From assembly GCA_943370085.1 (NCBI GenBank), contig CALRPT020000014.1:20857-84856 (forward strand): a DNA stretch of 64,000 bases, written 5' to 3'. The notes under the pieces were generated by a model. That model made no database searches, was not told where the DNA came from, and worked only from the letters and a program-made list of their open reading frames with translations. This DNA is from Variovorax paradoxus (GTDB lineage: Bacteria; Pseudomonadota; Alphaproteobacteria; Rhodobacterales; Rhodobacteraceae). The position numbers and the translations under genes were made by a program. This document shows positions 48,434 to 57,500 of the stretch, piece by piece (position 1 is the first letter of the stretch; each line of letters opens with the position of its first letter).

Positions 48434-49098
48434 CCGATCAACGCTGCCAACCGCGCATGGGCCGAAACACCCCGCACGTCAAAGGCCACATCCCGCAAAC
48501 ACTCTTTCGACGCCAGATTGACCCGCAGCAGATCGCGCTCGGAAAACGCGTCATCAAACAGCCCCGCCAGCAAGGCGCGCTCCTCAGCCGACAGCGCCAG
48601 AACCTTCGGCCCCGCCTCGCTCTGCACGGAAACCAGCGTCAAAGGCGGCATCCGCCAGATTTCCGACTGTTCCACCACCAGATGCAGCCGCCCCTCCACC
48701 AGCCCGCGCCCCGCCGCAATCTTCGACAGCACCGCCACCGCCCGCACCCTGAGCAGGTCCAGCCCCCGCTCTACCTCAGCCTCGCTCGCCAGCGCCCTCG
48801 CCCCCTCCCGCGACAGGCGCAACACCTTGGCTTCAAAGAAATAAATGACGATCAGCATGGGCAGCGGCGCCTGCGCAATCGCCCCCGCATAGCGCGGATA
48901 CAGCACCGCCAGAACAAGAAACGGGACCAGCGCCAGAAGATAGCGCAGCACCTCCATCTCAAAGATCAGCCGCAGCCACAGCCCCGCTCCGGCCCCCCGG
49001 CGCGGAAAGATCATCACCCGCCCGAACACACGCCGCGGCACCTGCCGCATCTCCAGCACATGCGGGTTCCAGATCGTCTCAGGCGTCAGAATGAACAC
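48430..49098 (-). CDS. Hypothetical membrane-associated protein downstream of soeC
   Basis: GTG start and GC3-rich codons. Hydrophobic segments LRYLLALVPFLVLAVLY and LPMLIVIYFF precede a soluble C-terminal part. I do not recognise a family. Confidence 0.5.
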   Translation of the reverse strand: MFILTPETIWNPHVLEMRQVPRRVFGRVMIFPRRGAGAGLWLRLIFEMEVLRYLLALVPFLVLAVLYPRYAGAIAQAPLPMLIVIYFFEAKVLRLSREGARALASEAEVERGLDLLRVRAVAVLSKIAAGRGLVEGRLHLVVEQSEIWRMPPLTLVSVQSEAGPKVLALSAEERALLAGLFDDAFSERDLLRVNLASKECLRDVAFDVRGVSAHARLAALIG

Positions 49099-49150
49099 GT
49101 GGCGCGGCCTCCGATGCCCAAGCTAGGCCATAACCCGCCCGCTGCCACCC

Positions 49151-50017
49151 CTACCGCTTGCCGTAATACAGGCCCACCACATGCTCGGCCTCGGCAAAGA
49201 ACAGCCAGCGCTGCGCCAAGGCCCCGATCAGATGCGTCACCACCGCCACACCCACCGCCACCATCCCCGGCAGATAGGCCACCGCCATCGCGGGCAGCAG
49301 CACCGAAAACACCATAGCGATCATCCGCACCCGGTCCGCATGTTTCCGCCCGACCACATAGATCATCTCACGCAGCAGGTAATTCCCGCCCGTATGCGGC
49401 TGCTCGAACACCGATACCGCGCCGATCCCGCCCAGCCCCGTCGCACTCCCCATCGTCGCCCCCGCCTTTGCAAAGGCCCGCGCTCCGAAATGCCAATGCA
49501 GCGCTATCGCCACCCCCAGCACACACAGCATCACCAGCGCCAGATACCGCACCCCCCCCAGCACCAGCCCCCCCGCCACCGCATAGGCCAGAAACACCAG
49601 CGGCACCGTCCAGTGATGCCAGCGCGGCACCGCCCGGATCTGCGCATAGATCATCGACGTGCAGGCCACCGTCACCAAGGCCCCCACCGCCCCTGCCATC
49701 CCGAAGCCGCGCCCCCAGCCCAACCCCAGCCAATCCGAAAGCGCCTGCGGCGCAAACAGCCCCAGCGTCACGACCGACGCCCAAGCCTCCCGCGACAGCC
49801 AACTCGTCCGCCATTGGGTAAAGGCCAACAACGCCCGCTGCGGATTGCCAAGGTGAAAGCTTGATGCCACCAGCCCCGCCACCGCCAGCCCGTAGCCGAT
49901 CCCCCACAGAAAGAATGCCGCCGCCCCCGATGCGCCGTAAATTCCCAGCAGCGCTAGAAACCCGAACCCCATCCCCGACAGAACGGTAAAGATGATAACG
50001 GAAGGTGCCGGATTCAT
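49151..50017 (-). CDS. soeC: DmsC/NrfD-like molybdoenzyme membrane anchor (SoeC-like)
   Basis: 288 aa, about 8 TM. Sits immediately after the FeS subunit gene. Confidence 0.65.
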   Translation of the reverse strand: MNPAPSVIIFTVLSGMGFGFLALLGIYGASGAAAFFLWGIGYGLAVAGLVASSFHLGNPQRALLAFTQWRTSWLSREAWASVVTLGLFAPQALSDWLGLGWGRGFGMAGAVGALVTVACTSMIYAQIRAVPRWHHWTVPLVFLAYAVAGGLVLGGVRYLALVMLCVLGVAIALHWHFGARAFAKAGATMGSATGLGGIGAVSVFEQPHTGGNYLLREMIYVVGRKHADRVRMIAMVFSVLLPAMAVAYLPGMVAVGVAVVTHLIGALAQRWLFFAEAEHVVGLYYGKR

Positions 50018-50755
50018 TCACATCTTCCCCAGCACGCGGTCCAGCCACCCGGCAAAGCCCGTGGCCTGGATGTCCAGCAGCGGCGCCAGCAGACTCGCCT
50101 CCTGCGGGCGGTCCTTCTTGCGCGGCGGCAGATAGCGGTTCACCGGCTTCGTCCCCATCTCGGGCATCAACGCAAACCCCTCCCGCTCCGCCACTAAGCG
50201 GCTCACCGCACTGTCCGGATCGCCCAGATCGCCGAAATGCCGCGCGCCCGTCGGGCAGGTCCGCACACAGGCAGGCTCGCGGTCCTCCTCCCTCAGATTT
50301 TCATTGTAAATCCGGTCCACGCAGAGCGTGCATTTCTTCATCACCCCCGCCGCCTGATCCATCTCCCGCGCGCCATAAGGGCAGGCCCAGGCGCAGAGCC
50401 CACAGCCGATGCAGGCATCCTCGTTCACCAGAACGATCCCGTCCTCCACCCGCTTGTAACTCGCCCCGGTCGGGCAAACCGTCACACAAGGCGCATCCGC
50501 GCAATGCAGGCAAGACCGTGGAAAATTCACGATTTGCGCAGCCATATCATCGGGTTGCACCGAATAGCTGTGCACCCGGTTCAAGAAGGTCCCCGACGGA
50601 TGCGCACCATAAGGTTCCTGATCCGACAGGGGCACGCCATAGCCCTGATCGTTCCACCCCTTGCAGGCCGTCACACAGGCGTGACAGCCCACGCAAGTAT
50701 CCAGGTCGATCACCAACCCCAACGACTTTTGCGTCGCTCCCGGCAGCGCCGTCAT
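50018..50755 (-). CDS. soeB: 4Fe-4S dicluster subunit of a DMSO-reductase-family enzyme (SoeB-like)
   Basis: Cys clusters CVGCHACVTAC, CLHCADAPC, CIGCGLCAWAC and CTLC...C. Confidence 0.7.
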   Translation of the reverse strand: MTALPGATQKSLGLVIDLDTCVGCHACVTACKGWNDQGYGVPLSDQEPYGAHPSGTFLNRVHSYSVQPDDMAAQIVNFPRSCLHCADAPCVTVCPTGASYKRVEDGIVLVNEDACIGCGLCAWACPYGAREMDQAAGVMKKCTLCVDRIYNENLREEDREPACVRTCPTGARHFGDLGDPDSAVSRLVAEREGFALMPEMGTKPVNRYLPPRKKDRPQEASLLAPLLDIQATGFAGWLDRVLGKM

Positions 50756-50765
50756 GCCCGACCTC

Positions 50766-50941
50766 CGTTTTCTGACGCAGAAAACGGCGCGGAAAATGGC
50801 GCAAATTCCGCCCCCCGGCCGCTGCGCCCAACCCGTCCCACCGAATTCTGCGTCAGAATTCGCCTCCCTGCCACCGACAGGTCCACTGTCCCAGCCCCGA
50901 ATTCTGCGTCAGAATTCGGGAAGAAAACTGCGGCAGTTTTC
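50766..50941. repeat. Family of four perfect short palindromes in the soeA-soeB gap
   Basis: CGTTTTCTG-ACG-CAGAAAACG at 50766-50786. CGAATTCTG-CGT-CAGAATTCG at 50842-50862 and again identically at 50898-50918. GAAAACTG-CGG-CAGTTTTC at 50923-50941. Confidence 0.85.
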
Positions 50942-50948
50942 GCTTCCC

Positions 50949-53720
50949 TCATTCCCGCGCCCTCCCCTTCGGCACCACGCGCGGCAGCGCGTCGAAGGCG
51001 GGCTCCGCCCGCTCCTGCGGCCCCACCCGCGCCACCTTCACCCGCAGATCGAACCACGCCGCCTGCCCCGTCACCGGATCGGAATTCGACAACCGCCCCG
51101 CCCCCGGCAGCACTTCGGAAATCAGGTGGTTGAGCAAGAACCCCTCCACCGCTTCCGGCGCCCCCTCGTCCAAGGCCCAGGCCCCCTTCCGTTTCCCGAT
51201 TGCGTTCCAGGTCCAGACCGTATCCGGGTTCAGCGCCGCCATATGCGCCACCGGCACCACGATCTCGCCCGTGGGCGATGTCACCCGCGCATAATCGCCC
51301 TCGGCGAACCCCTCCGCCTCCCAGATCTTTGTCGGCAGATAAAGGTAATTCTTCCCGTGAATCTGCCGCAACCACGCATTCTGGCTGCCCCAGGAATGAT
51401 ACATCGCCATCGGCCGCTGGGTGATCGCGTGAACGGGGAACTCCGCCCCTGCCTCATCCCCGAAAGGCGGATACCAGACCGGCAAAGGGTCCATCGCCAG
51501 CTTCAACCGGTCCCGCAGATGATCCGGCGGCTGAATGAACCCCTGACCCTCGGCGGCCAGTTGAAACTTTCGCATCGGCTCCGACCAGATCGAGAACAGA
51601 TAGGGCTGCGGCGATTCAAAGAAGGATGTCGCCACCGCCCAGTCCTGATAGGCCGCGTTCCAGGGTTTGTAATACTGCGCGCCCTCAGGCACATGCGCCT
51701 GATAGAAGCCGCCGTTCTCGATATAGCGCGCCAGTTGCTCCGGGTTCGCCTCGCCCCGCCCCTCGGCAGTGCCATCCGCCCCGCGAAACCCCATCAGTGG
51801 CCCCACGCCCGGCCTGCGGATATGGTTCACGATGTAATCGGCATAATCCTTGAACTTCGGACTGCCGTCTTCCTTCACCATCCCCGGCAGGCCCAACCTT
51901 GCCCCAAGGTCCAGCAGCACCGACTGGAACCCCCGCACATCCCTGTCCGCCTCCACCACCGGCCAGCGGATCGCATCTCCCGCCGCATCCGGCTCCGATA
52001 TCGGCCGATCCAGCAGGCTGATACAGTCATGCCGCTCCAGATAGGTCGTATCCGGCAGGATCAGATCGGCATAGGCCACCATCTCGGATGCATATGCATC
52101 GCTATAGATGATGCGCGGGATCACATATTCCCCATCCGCCCCTTTGTCGGTCAGCATCTCCATGACCCGCGCCGAATTCATCGACGAATTCCATGCCATG
52201 TTGGCCATGTACAGAAACAGCGTATCCACCTCGTAAGGATCGCCCGCATGGGCATTGGGGATGACCATATGCATCAACCCATGCGCCGAAAACGGGTTCT
52301 CCCACGTAAACGCCTTGTCGATCCGCCAGGGCGTGCCGTCCTCTTTCAGCGCAAGGTTCTCGGGTCCCCGCACATAGCCCAAATGCGGCCCGCTCAAGGG
52401 CTTGCCCGGTGCTGTCACAAAATGCGGCGTCGGATGAGCCTCCACCGGCTTGGGGTAAGGCGGCTTAAGCCGATAGCCCCCTGGCACCTCCACCGTCCCC
52501 AGCAATATCTGCAACAGATGTAGCGCGCGGGCTGTCTGGAACCCGTTGGAATGCGCCGAAATCCCCCGCATCGCGTGGAAAGACACAGGCCGCCCCTGCA
52601 TCACCTCATGCCGATCCCCGCGAAAATCCGTCCAGGCAACGGGCAGTTCAAACGCCTCGTCAAAGGCCACCCGCGCCAGTTCCGCCGCCAGCCCCCGGAT
52701 GCGCCCGGCCTCGATCCCCACCCGATCCGCCACCGCCTCCGGCGCATAGTCCTCGCTCAGATAGCGCTCAGCCATATGCTGGAACACCGTCCGGTGCCCC
52801 TGCCACACCGCCCCAAGGTCCGGCTGCACCCCCGCCCCATCCCAAGGCGCGGGCATCCCCGTGCGCCGGTCGATCACAAAAGGCTGGCTTTCGGCGTTTT
52901 TTAGGATCAGGCCCTTCTCCGGCCCCTCCGTCTCATTCACCAGCAAGGGCGCATTGGTCCAGCGCGCCAGATAATCCAGATCGATCTTCCCCGCCGCCAG
53001 CAGGCAATGGATCAGCGACAGGATCAGCAGCCCATCCGTGCCGGGCGTGATCCCGAACCACTCATCCGCCACGGCGTTATAGCCCGTGCGCACCGGGTTC
53101 ACCCCCACCACCCGCGCGCCCCGTTCCTTCAGCTTGCCGATCCCGATCTTGATCGGGTTGCTGTCATGGTCCTCCGCCACCCCGAACAGCACAAACAGCT
53201 TGGTATAGGCCCAGTCGGGTTGCCCGAACTCCCAGAACGCCCCGCCAATGGTGTAAATCCCCGCCGCCGCCATGTTGACGGAACAGAACCCCCCATGTGC
53301 GGCATAATTGGGCGTGCCAAACTGCTGCGCCCACCACCCGGTGAAAGACTGCGATTGATCCCGCCCCGTGAAAAACGCCAGCTTCTCCGGCGCCTCCTCC
53401 CTCAGCGGCCGCATCCACGAAACCGCCGTCTCCAGCGCCTCTTCCCAGCTTATCTCCTCAAACGCCCCCGATCCGCGCGGCCCCACCCTTCTCAACGGCG
53501 CGCGCAACCGCGACGGCGCGGTCACCTGCATGATGCCGCTCGCCCCCTTGGCACACAGCACCCCCTTGTTCACCGGATGATCGCGGTTCCCCTCGATGTA
53601 ACTCACCTTGCCGGATGTCATGTGCACGTCGATCCCGCAGCGGCAGGCGCACATGTAGCAGGTGGTCTTCTTCACCTCGTCCGACACCTTCGGCGATGTA
53701 TCCACCTTCGGCTGTCCCAT
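50949..53720 (-). CDS. soeA: Molybdopterin oxidoreductase catalytic subunit without a Tat signal (SoeA-like cytoplasmic sulfite dehydrogenase)
   Basis: N-terminal FeS motif CYMCACRCGIDVH. No twin-arginine leader. About 923 aa. Linked to xsc in the arrangement I recall for Ruegeria pomeroyi soeABC. Confidence 0.7.
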   Translation of the reverse strand: MGQPKVDTSPKVSDEVKKTTCYMCACRCGIDVHMTSGKVSYIEGNRDHPVNKGVLCAKGASGIMQVTAPSRLRAPLRRVGPRGSGAFEEISWEEALETAVSWMRPLREEAPEKLAFFTGRDQSQSFTGWWAQQFGTPNYAAHGGFCSVNMAAAGIYTIGGAFWEFGQPDWAYTKLFVLFGVAEDHDSNPIKIGIGKLKERGARVVGVNPVRTGYNAVADEWFGITPGTDGLLILSLIHCLLAAGKIDLDYLARWTNAPLLVNETEGPEKGLILKNAESQPFVIDRRTGMPAPWDGAGVQPDLGAVWQGHRTVFQHMAERYLSEDYAPEAVADRVGIEAGRIRGLAAELARVAFDEAFELPVAWTDFRGDRHEVMQGRPVSFHAMRGISAHSNGFQTARALHLLQILLGTVEVPGGYRLKPPYPKPVEAHPTPHFVTAPGKPLSGPHLGYVRGPENLALKEDGTPWRIDKAFTWENPFSAHGLMHMVIPNAHAGDPYEVDTLFLYMANMAWNSSMNSARVMEMLTDKGADGEYVIPRIIYSDAYASEMVAYADLILPDTTYLERHDCISLLDRPISEPDAAGDAIRWPVVEADRDVRGFQSVLLDLGARLGLPGMVKEDGSPKFKDYADYIVNHIRRPGVGPLMGFRGADGTAEGRGEANPEQLARYIENGGFYQAHVPEGAQYYKPWNAAYQDWAVATSFFESPQPYLFSIWSEPMRKFQLAAEGQGFIQPPDHLRDRLKLAMDPLPVWYPPFGDEAGAEFPVHAITQRPMAMYHSWGSQNAWLRQIHGKNYLYLPTKIWEAEGFAEGDYARVTSPTGEIVVPVAHMAALNPDTVWTWNAIGKRKGAWALDEGAPEAVEGFLLNHLISEVLPGAGRLSNSDPVTGQAAWFDLRVKVARVGPQERAEPAFDALPRVVPKGRARE

Positions 53721-54874
53721 CACGCCACTCCCACCTGCTCGGCCGCCCGCACCGCCATGGCCTCCATGGCAATCTGGCGCTCTTCCTCGGCCGGAACTGT
53801 CCAGATCGCGACACGCGCGCCCGTCTGATGCAACACCGCCGCGCCACCCGCATTGGCGGCCTCATCGAACTCTACCCCCGCCCAGCGCAAACCGCGAAGG
53901 ATTTCGCCCCGCACCATGCGGTCATTCTCGCCAATCCCCCCGGTAAAGGCTACCGCGTCCAGCCCCCCCATCGCGGCGATCAGACTGCCCGCATGACGCA
54001 CAGCCCAATAGCAGAAATGCGCCACCGCAAAGCGCGCCTCCACCGTTCCCGCGCGCTGCAAGCTGCGCATGTCCGACGCGCCGCCCAGCCCAAGCAAACC
54101 GCTCTCCCGGTTCAAGATCCGCCCCGCCTCGGCCACCCCATGCACCTCGGCCAGACGCAGCACCGCATTGCCGTCAATGCTCCCCACCCGCGTCCCCATC
54201 GTCAGCCCGTCCAGTGGCGAATACCCCATCGTCGACGCCACCGACTGCCCGTTCAGGATCGCACAGGCAGATGCTCCATTGCCTAAATGAAACGCAAGCA
54301 GCCGCTCAGGCAGCGTTTCAGACCCCATTTCTTGCACTTTTCGAACAATTGACGCGTAGCTTATCCCGTGAAACCCATAACGCCGCAGACCAAGCGCCTC
54401 GGCCTCCGGCGGCAGCGCATAGCGCCGCGCCACGTCTGGATTGGTCGCATGAAAGGCCGTGTCGAAACTCGCATATTGCGGCAACTCCGGCACCAGCGCG
54501 CCGAGCGCCCGGATCGCCGTCAGGTTCGCCGGATTGTGCAAGGGCGCCAGCGGCACGCAAGCCTCCACCTCCGCCACCACGGCCTCCGTCACCCTGCACG
54601 GCGCCACCAGCGCGGCCCCACCATGCACCACCCGATGCGCCGCCGCCGTCAGACCGCTGACGGCAATCCCCGCCTCTTCCATCGCCTCAAGGATCAAGGC
54701 CAGCGCCGCCGCATGGTCCGCCACAGGTCGCACGCCCACCAAAGGCCCCGCCTCAACCCGCGCGCCCATGCTGCCGATCTCGGTCACCCGACCCGCCATC
54801 ACCTCGCGCAAGGCCGCGTCAAACACCGCCACCTTCAGGCTCGATGACCCGGCATTCACCACCAGCACCGTCAA
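53720..54874 (-). CDS. ackA: Acetate kinase
   Basis: (M)TVLVVNAGSSSLKVAVFD...RRYGFHGISY...FTGGIGEN. The track ORF is a long spurious extension. The TTG at 54874 overlaps the upstream stop codon. Confidence 0.8.
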   Translation of the reverse strand: MTVLVVNAGSSSLKVAVFDAALREVMAGRVTEIGSMGARVEAGPLVGVRPVADHAAALALILEAMEEAGIAVSGLTAAAHRVVHGGAALVAPCRVTEAVVAEVEACVPLAPLHNPANLTAIRALGALVPELPQYASFDTAFHATNPDVARRYALPPEAEALGLRRYGFHGISYASIVRKVQEMGSETLPERLLAFHLGNGASACAILNGQSVASTMGYSPLDGLTMGTRVGSIDGNAVLRLAEVHGVAEAGRILNRESGLLGLGGASDMRSLQRAGTVEARFAVAHFCYWAVRHAGSLIAAMGGLDAVAFTGGIGENDRMVRGEILRGLRWAGVEFDEAANAGGAAVLHQTGARVAIWTVPAEEERQIAMEAMAVRAAEQVGVA

Positions 54875-55617
54875 AACAGCACCGCCTTCACAAGTCCCAT
54901 CCCCGCCAGCCCCGCCAACAACAGGATGGCAAAGCGGCGGAACTCCTGCGGATCGGTGTTCAGGAAATGCCGCCCCCCCAGCCAATTCCCCAGAAATGTC
55001 AGCGGCAAGGCAATCAGCGACGCCCAAAGCGTGTCCCAACTCACCAGCCCCGCATACCAATACAAAGGCGCGGAATAGAGGTCGAGGATCGGAAAATACG
55101 CAATCAACGTCGCCCGGAACACCGCCGCCCGCATCGGCTGCGCAGCAAAGAACGCGGCAATCGGAAGCCCCCCCATCCCCGGCGCATTGGCCAAGCCCGA
55201 AATCACCCCCATTCCAAGGTTTGACAGTCCCCGCGCCTCCGCCGCCATCCGCCACCCGGCCAGCAACACCAGACACATCACCAGCACATAGGATGATATC
55301 ACCGCCCGCGCCGTATCCTCCGACACCCCGGTCAGCGCCCACAGCCCCAAGGGCAAGCCCACCGCCGCCCCGGCCAGCATCAGCCAGACCCGCCGCCAGT
55401 CCACATCCGCCGATATGCCCTTCGCCGCCTGCAACGACATGGCGGTTTCCAGGATCACCACCACCGCCACCATGTTCAGCGGGTTCATCACCAAGGATGA
55501 CGCCGCGATCACCATCGCGGAATAGCCAAAGCCCGAATAGCCCCGGATAAAGGCGGCAACCACAATTGCCGCCGCCATCCACGCTGTCCCCACAAGGGAC
55601 AGCTCAAACGGCATCAA
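54871..55617 (-). CDS. TauE/SafE (DUF81)-like membrane protein, candidate sulfite/sulfate exporter
   Basis: 248 aa, about 7-8 TM. FIRGYSGFGYSAMVIA is a variant of the DUF81 glycine motif. 4-nt overlap with xsc. Confidence 0.65.
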   Translation of the reverse strand: MMPFELSLVGTAWMAAAIVVAAFIRGYSGFGYSAMVIAASSLVMNPLNMVAVVVILETAMSLQAAKGISADVDWRRVWLMLAGAAVGLPLGLWALTGVSEDTARAVISSYVLVMCLVLLAGWRMAAEARGLSNLGMGVISGLANAPGMGGLPIAAFFAAQPMRAAVFRATLIAYFPILDLYSAPLYWYAGLVSWDTLWASLIALPLTFLGNWLGGRHFLNTDPQEFRRFAILLLAGLAGMGLVKAVLF

Positions 55618-57389
55618 ACCACCTGCGCGCGCATATCGGTGGCAGATATCCCCGCCACCGCCACCGGCTTCTTCATCGCATCGCGGCGGAACGGCTCGCC
55701 CAATTCCTGATTGATCAGCGCCTCGATCAGCGTGGTCTTTCCATGCTCCATCTGATCCGTCACCGCCTTGGCCAAAGCGTCGCGCAACGCCTCCATCGTC
55801 TTGGCCTGCACGCCCTGCAAACCGCAGGCCCGCGCAATCCCGGCATAGCTCACCTGCGTGTCCAACTCCGTCCCCACGAAATTGTCGTCATACCACAGCG
55901 TCGAATTGCGCTTCTCCGCGCCCCACTGATAGTTGCGGAACACCACCATCGTCACCGCAGGCCATTCCGGCCGCCCGATGGCCGTCAACTCCGTCACCGC
56001 AATCCCGAACGCGCCATCCCCGGCAAAGCCCACCACCGGCACATCCGGGCAGGCGATCTTGGCCCCCACGATGCTGGGCAGACCATAGCCGCAGGGCCCG
56101 AACAGCCCCGGAGCCAGATATTTCCTCCCCGCCTCGAAGGTCGGATAGGCATTGCCAATGGCACAGTTGTTCCCGATGTCGCTGGAAATGATCGCTTCCT
56201 TAGGCAGCGCCGACTGGATCGCCCGCCACGCCATCCGCGGGCTCATCCACTCCGGCTTGTCCGCCCGCGCCCGCGCATTCCACGTGGTGCCCGGATCGTC
56301 ATCCTCATGATCCATCGACGCCAATTGCTGCGCCCAACGGCTCTTCGTCGTGGCGATCAGATCCAGCCGGTCCTTCCGCCCTGCATCGCCCGCCGATGCC
56401 GAAAGCTTCGCCAAGATCCCCTCGGCCACCTTCTTGGCATCGCCCACAATGCCCACAGCCACCCGCTTTGTCAGCCCGATCCGCGCCGGGTTGATATCGA
56501 CCTGAATGATCTTGGCCTCTTTGGGCCAGTAATCCAGTCCATAGCCCGGCAGGGTCGAGAACGGGTTCAACCGCGTGCCCAGCGCCAGCACCACATCGGC
56601 CTTTTGGATCAACTCCATCCCGGCCTTGCTGCCATTATAGCCCAATGGCCCCGCAAACAGCGGATGGCTGCCGGGGAAGGCGTCATTATGCTGATACCCC
56701 ACGCAAACCGGCGCACTCAGCCGCTCGGCCAAAGCCATGGATGCCGGAATGGCCCCGCCGATCACCACCCCCGCCCCGTTCAAAATCACCGGGAACTTGG
56801 CAGATGACAGCAGCGCCGCCGCCTCCGCCATCGCCGCCTCACCACCCGAAGGCCGCTCGAACTCCACCACCGCCGGCAGATCAATGTCGATCACTTGCGT
56901 GAAATAATCCCGCGGCATGTTGATCTGCGCCGGCGCCGAATGGCGCCGCGCGTTCAGGATGACGCGGTTCAGCACCTCCGCCACCCGGCTCGGATCGCGC
57001 ACCTCCTCCTGATAGCAGACCATATCCTTGAACAACGCCATCTGCTCCACTTCCTGGAACCCGCCCATTCCGATGGTCTTGTTCGCCGCCTGCGGTGTCA
57101 CCAGCAGCAGGGGCGTATGGTTCCAATAGGCCGTCTTCACCGCCGTGACGAAATTGGTGATGCCGGGTCCGTTCTGCGCGATCATCATGCTCATCCGGCC
57201 CGAGGCGCGGGTGAACCCATCCGCCATCATCCCGCCTGATCCTTCATGCGCGCAGTCCCAGAAGGTGATCCCCGCCTTGGGAAACAGGTCCGAGATCGGC
57301 ATGAAGGCCGACCCGATGATCCCGAAGGCGTTGTCGATGCCATGCATCTGCAACACTTTCACAAAGGCCTCTTCCGTCGTCATCCGCAT
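55614..57389 (-). CDS. xsc: Sulfoacetaldehyde acetyltransferase (ThDP enzyme)
   Basis: MRMTTEEAFVKVLQMHGIDNAFGIIGSAFMPISDLFPKAGITFWDCAHEGSGGMMADG, 591 aa. Taurine gene context. Confidence 0.85.
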   Translation of the reverse strand: MRMTTEEAFVKVLQMHGIDNAFGIIGSAFMPISDLFPKAGITFWDCAHEGSGGMMADGFTRASGRMSMMIAQNGPGITNFVTAVKTAYWNHTPLLLVTPQAANKTIGMGGFQEVEQMALFKDMVCYQEEVRDPSRVAEVLNRVILNARRHSAPAQINMPRDYFTQVIDIDLPAVVEFERPSGGEAAMAEAAALLSSAKFPVILNGAGVVIGGAIPASMALAERLSAPVCVGYQHNDAFPGSHPLFAGPLGYNGSKAGMELIQKADVVLALGTRLNPFSTLPGYGLDYWPKEAKIIQVDINPARIGLTKRVAVGIVGDAKKVAEGILAKLSASAGDAGRKDRLDLIATTKSRWAQQLASMDHEDDDPGTTWNARARADKPEWMSPRMAWRAIQSALPKEAIISSDIGNNCAIGNAYPTFEAGRKYLAPGLFGPCGYGLPSIVGAKIACPDVPVVGFAGDGAFGIAVTELTAIGRPEWPAVTMVVFRNYQWGAEKRNSTLWYDDNFVGTELDTQVSYAGIARACGLQGVQAKTMEALRDALAKAVTDQMEHGKTTLIEALINQELGEPFRRDAMKKPVAVAGISATDMRAQVV

Positions 57390-57467
57390 GGCTCGTCTCC
57401 GCTTGGGTTCATCGCGCCCGAAAGGTGCGCCGCTTGCCCTCTTCTACCCGCGATCTGCCGCCAAAGC

Positions 57468-57500
57468 TTAGGGCCAAAAAATCCAGCCGCTTAAGTCCAG
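57468..57500 (-). promoter_or_regulatory. Candidate TauR binding site upstream of xsc
   Basis: On the minus strand: CTGGACTTAA-N13-TTGGCCCTAA, direct repeats 23 bp start-to-start, 79-111 nt upstream of the xsc ATG. The first repeat matches the CTGGACYTAA consensus I recall for Rhodobacter capsulatus TauR. Confidence 0.6.

Noticed and set aside
53720-55582. N-terminal extensions of track ORFs. Examples: the 620-aa form of ackA, the 519-aa SBP, the 382-aa crotonase, the 621-aa CoA-transferase, the 865-aa DMGDH-like protein, the 781-aa iolD, the 413-aa iolB and the 389-aa TauE protein.
   Set aside because: The extensions are Gly/Arg-rich and overlap upstream genes in another frame. They precede internal starts that have RBS-like sequences and family-typical N-termini. 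I trimmed the starts accordingly.
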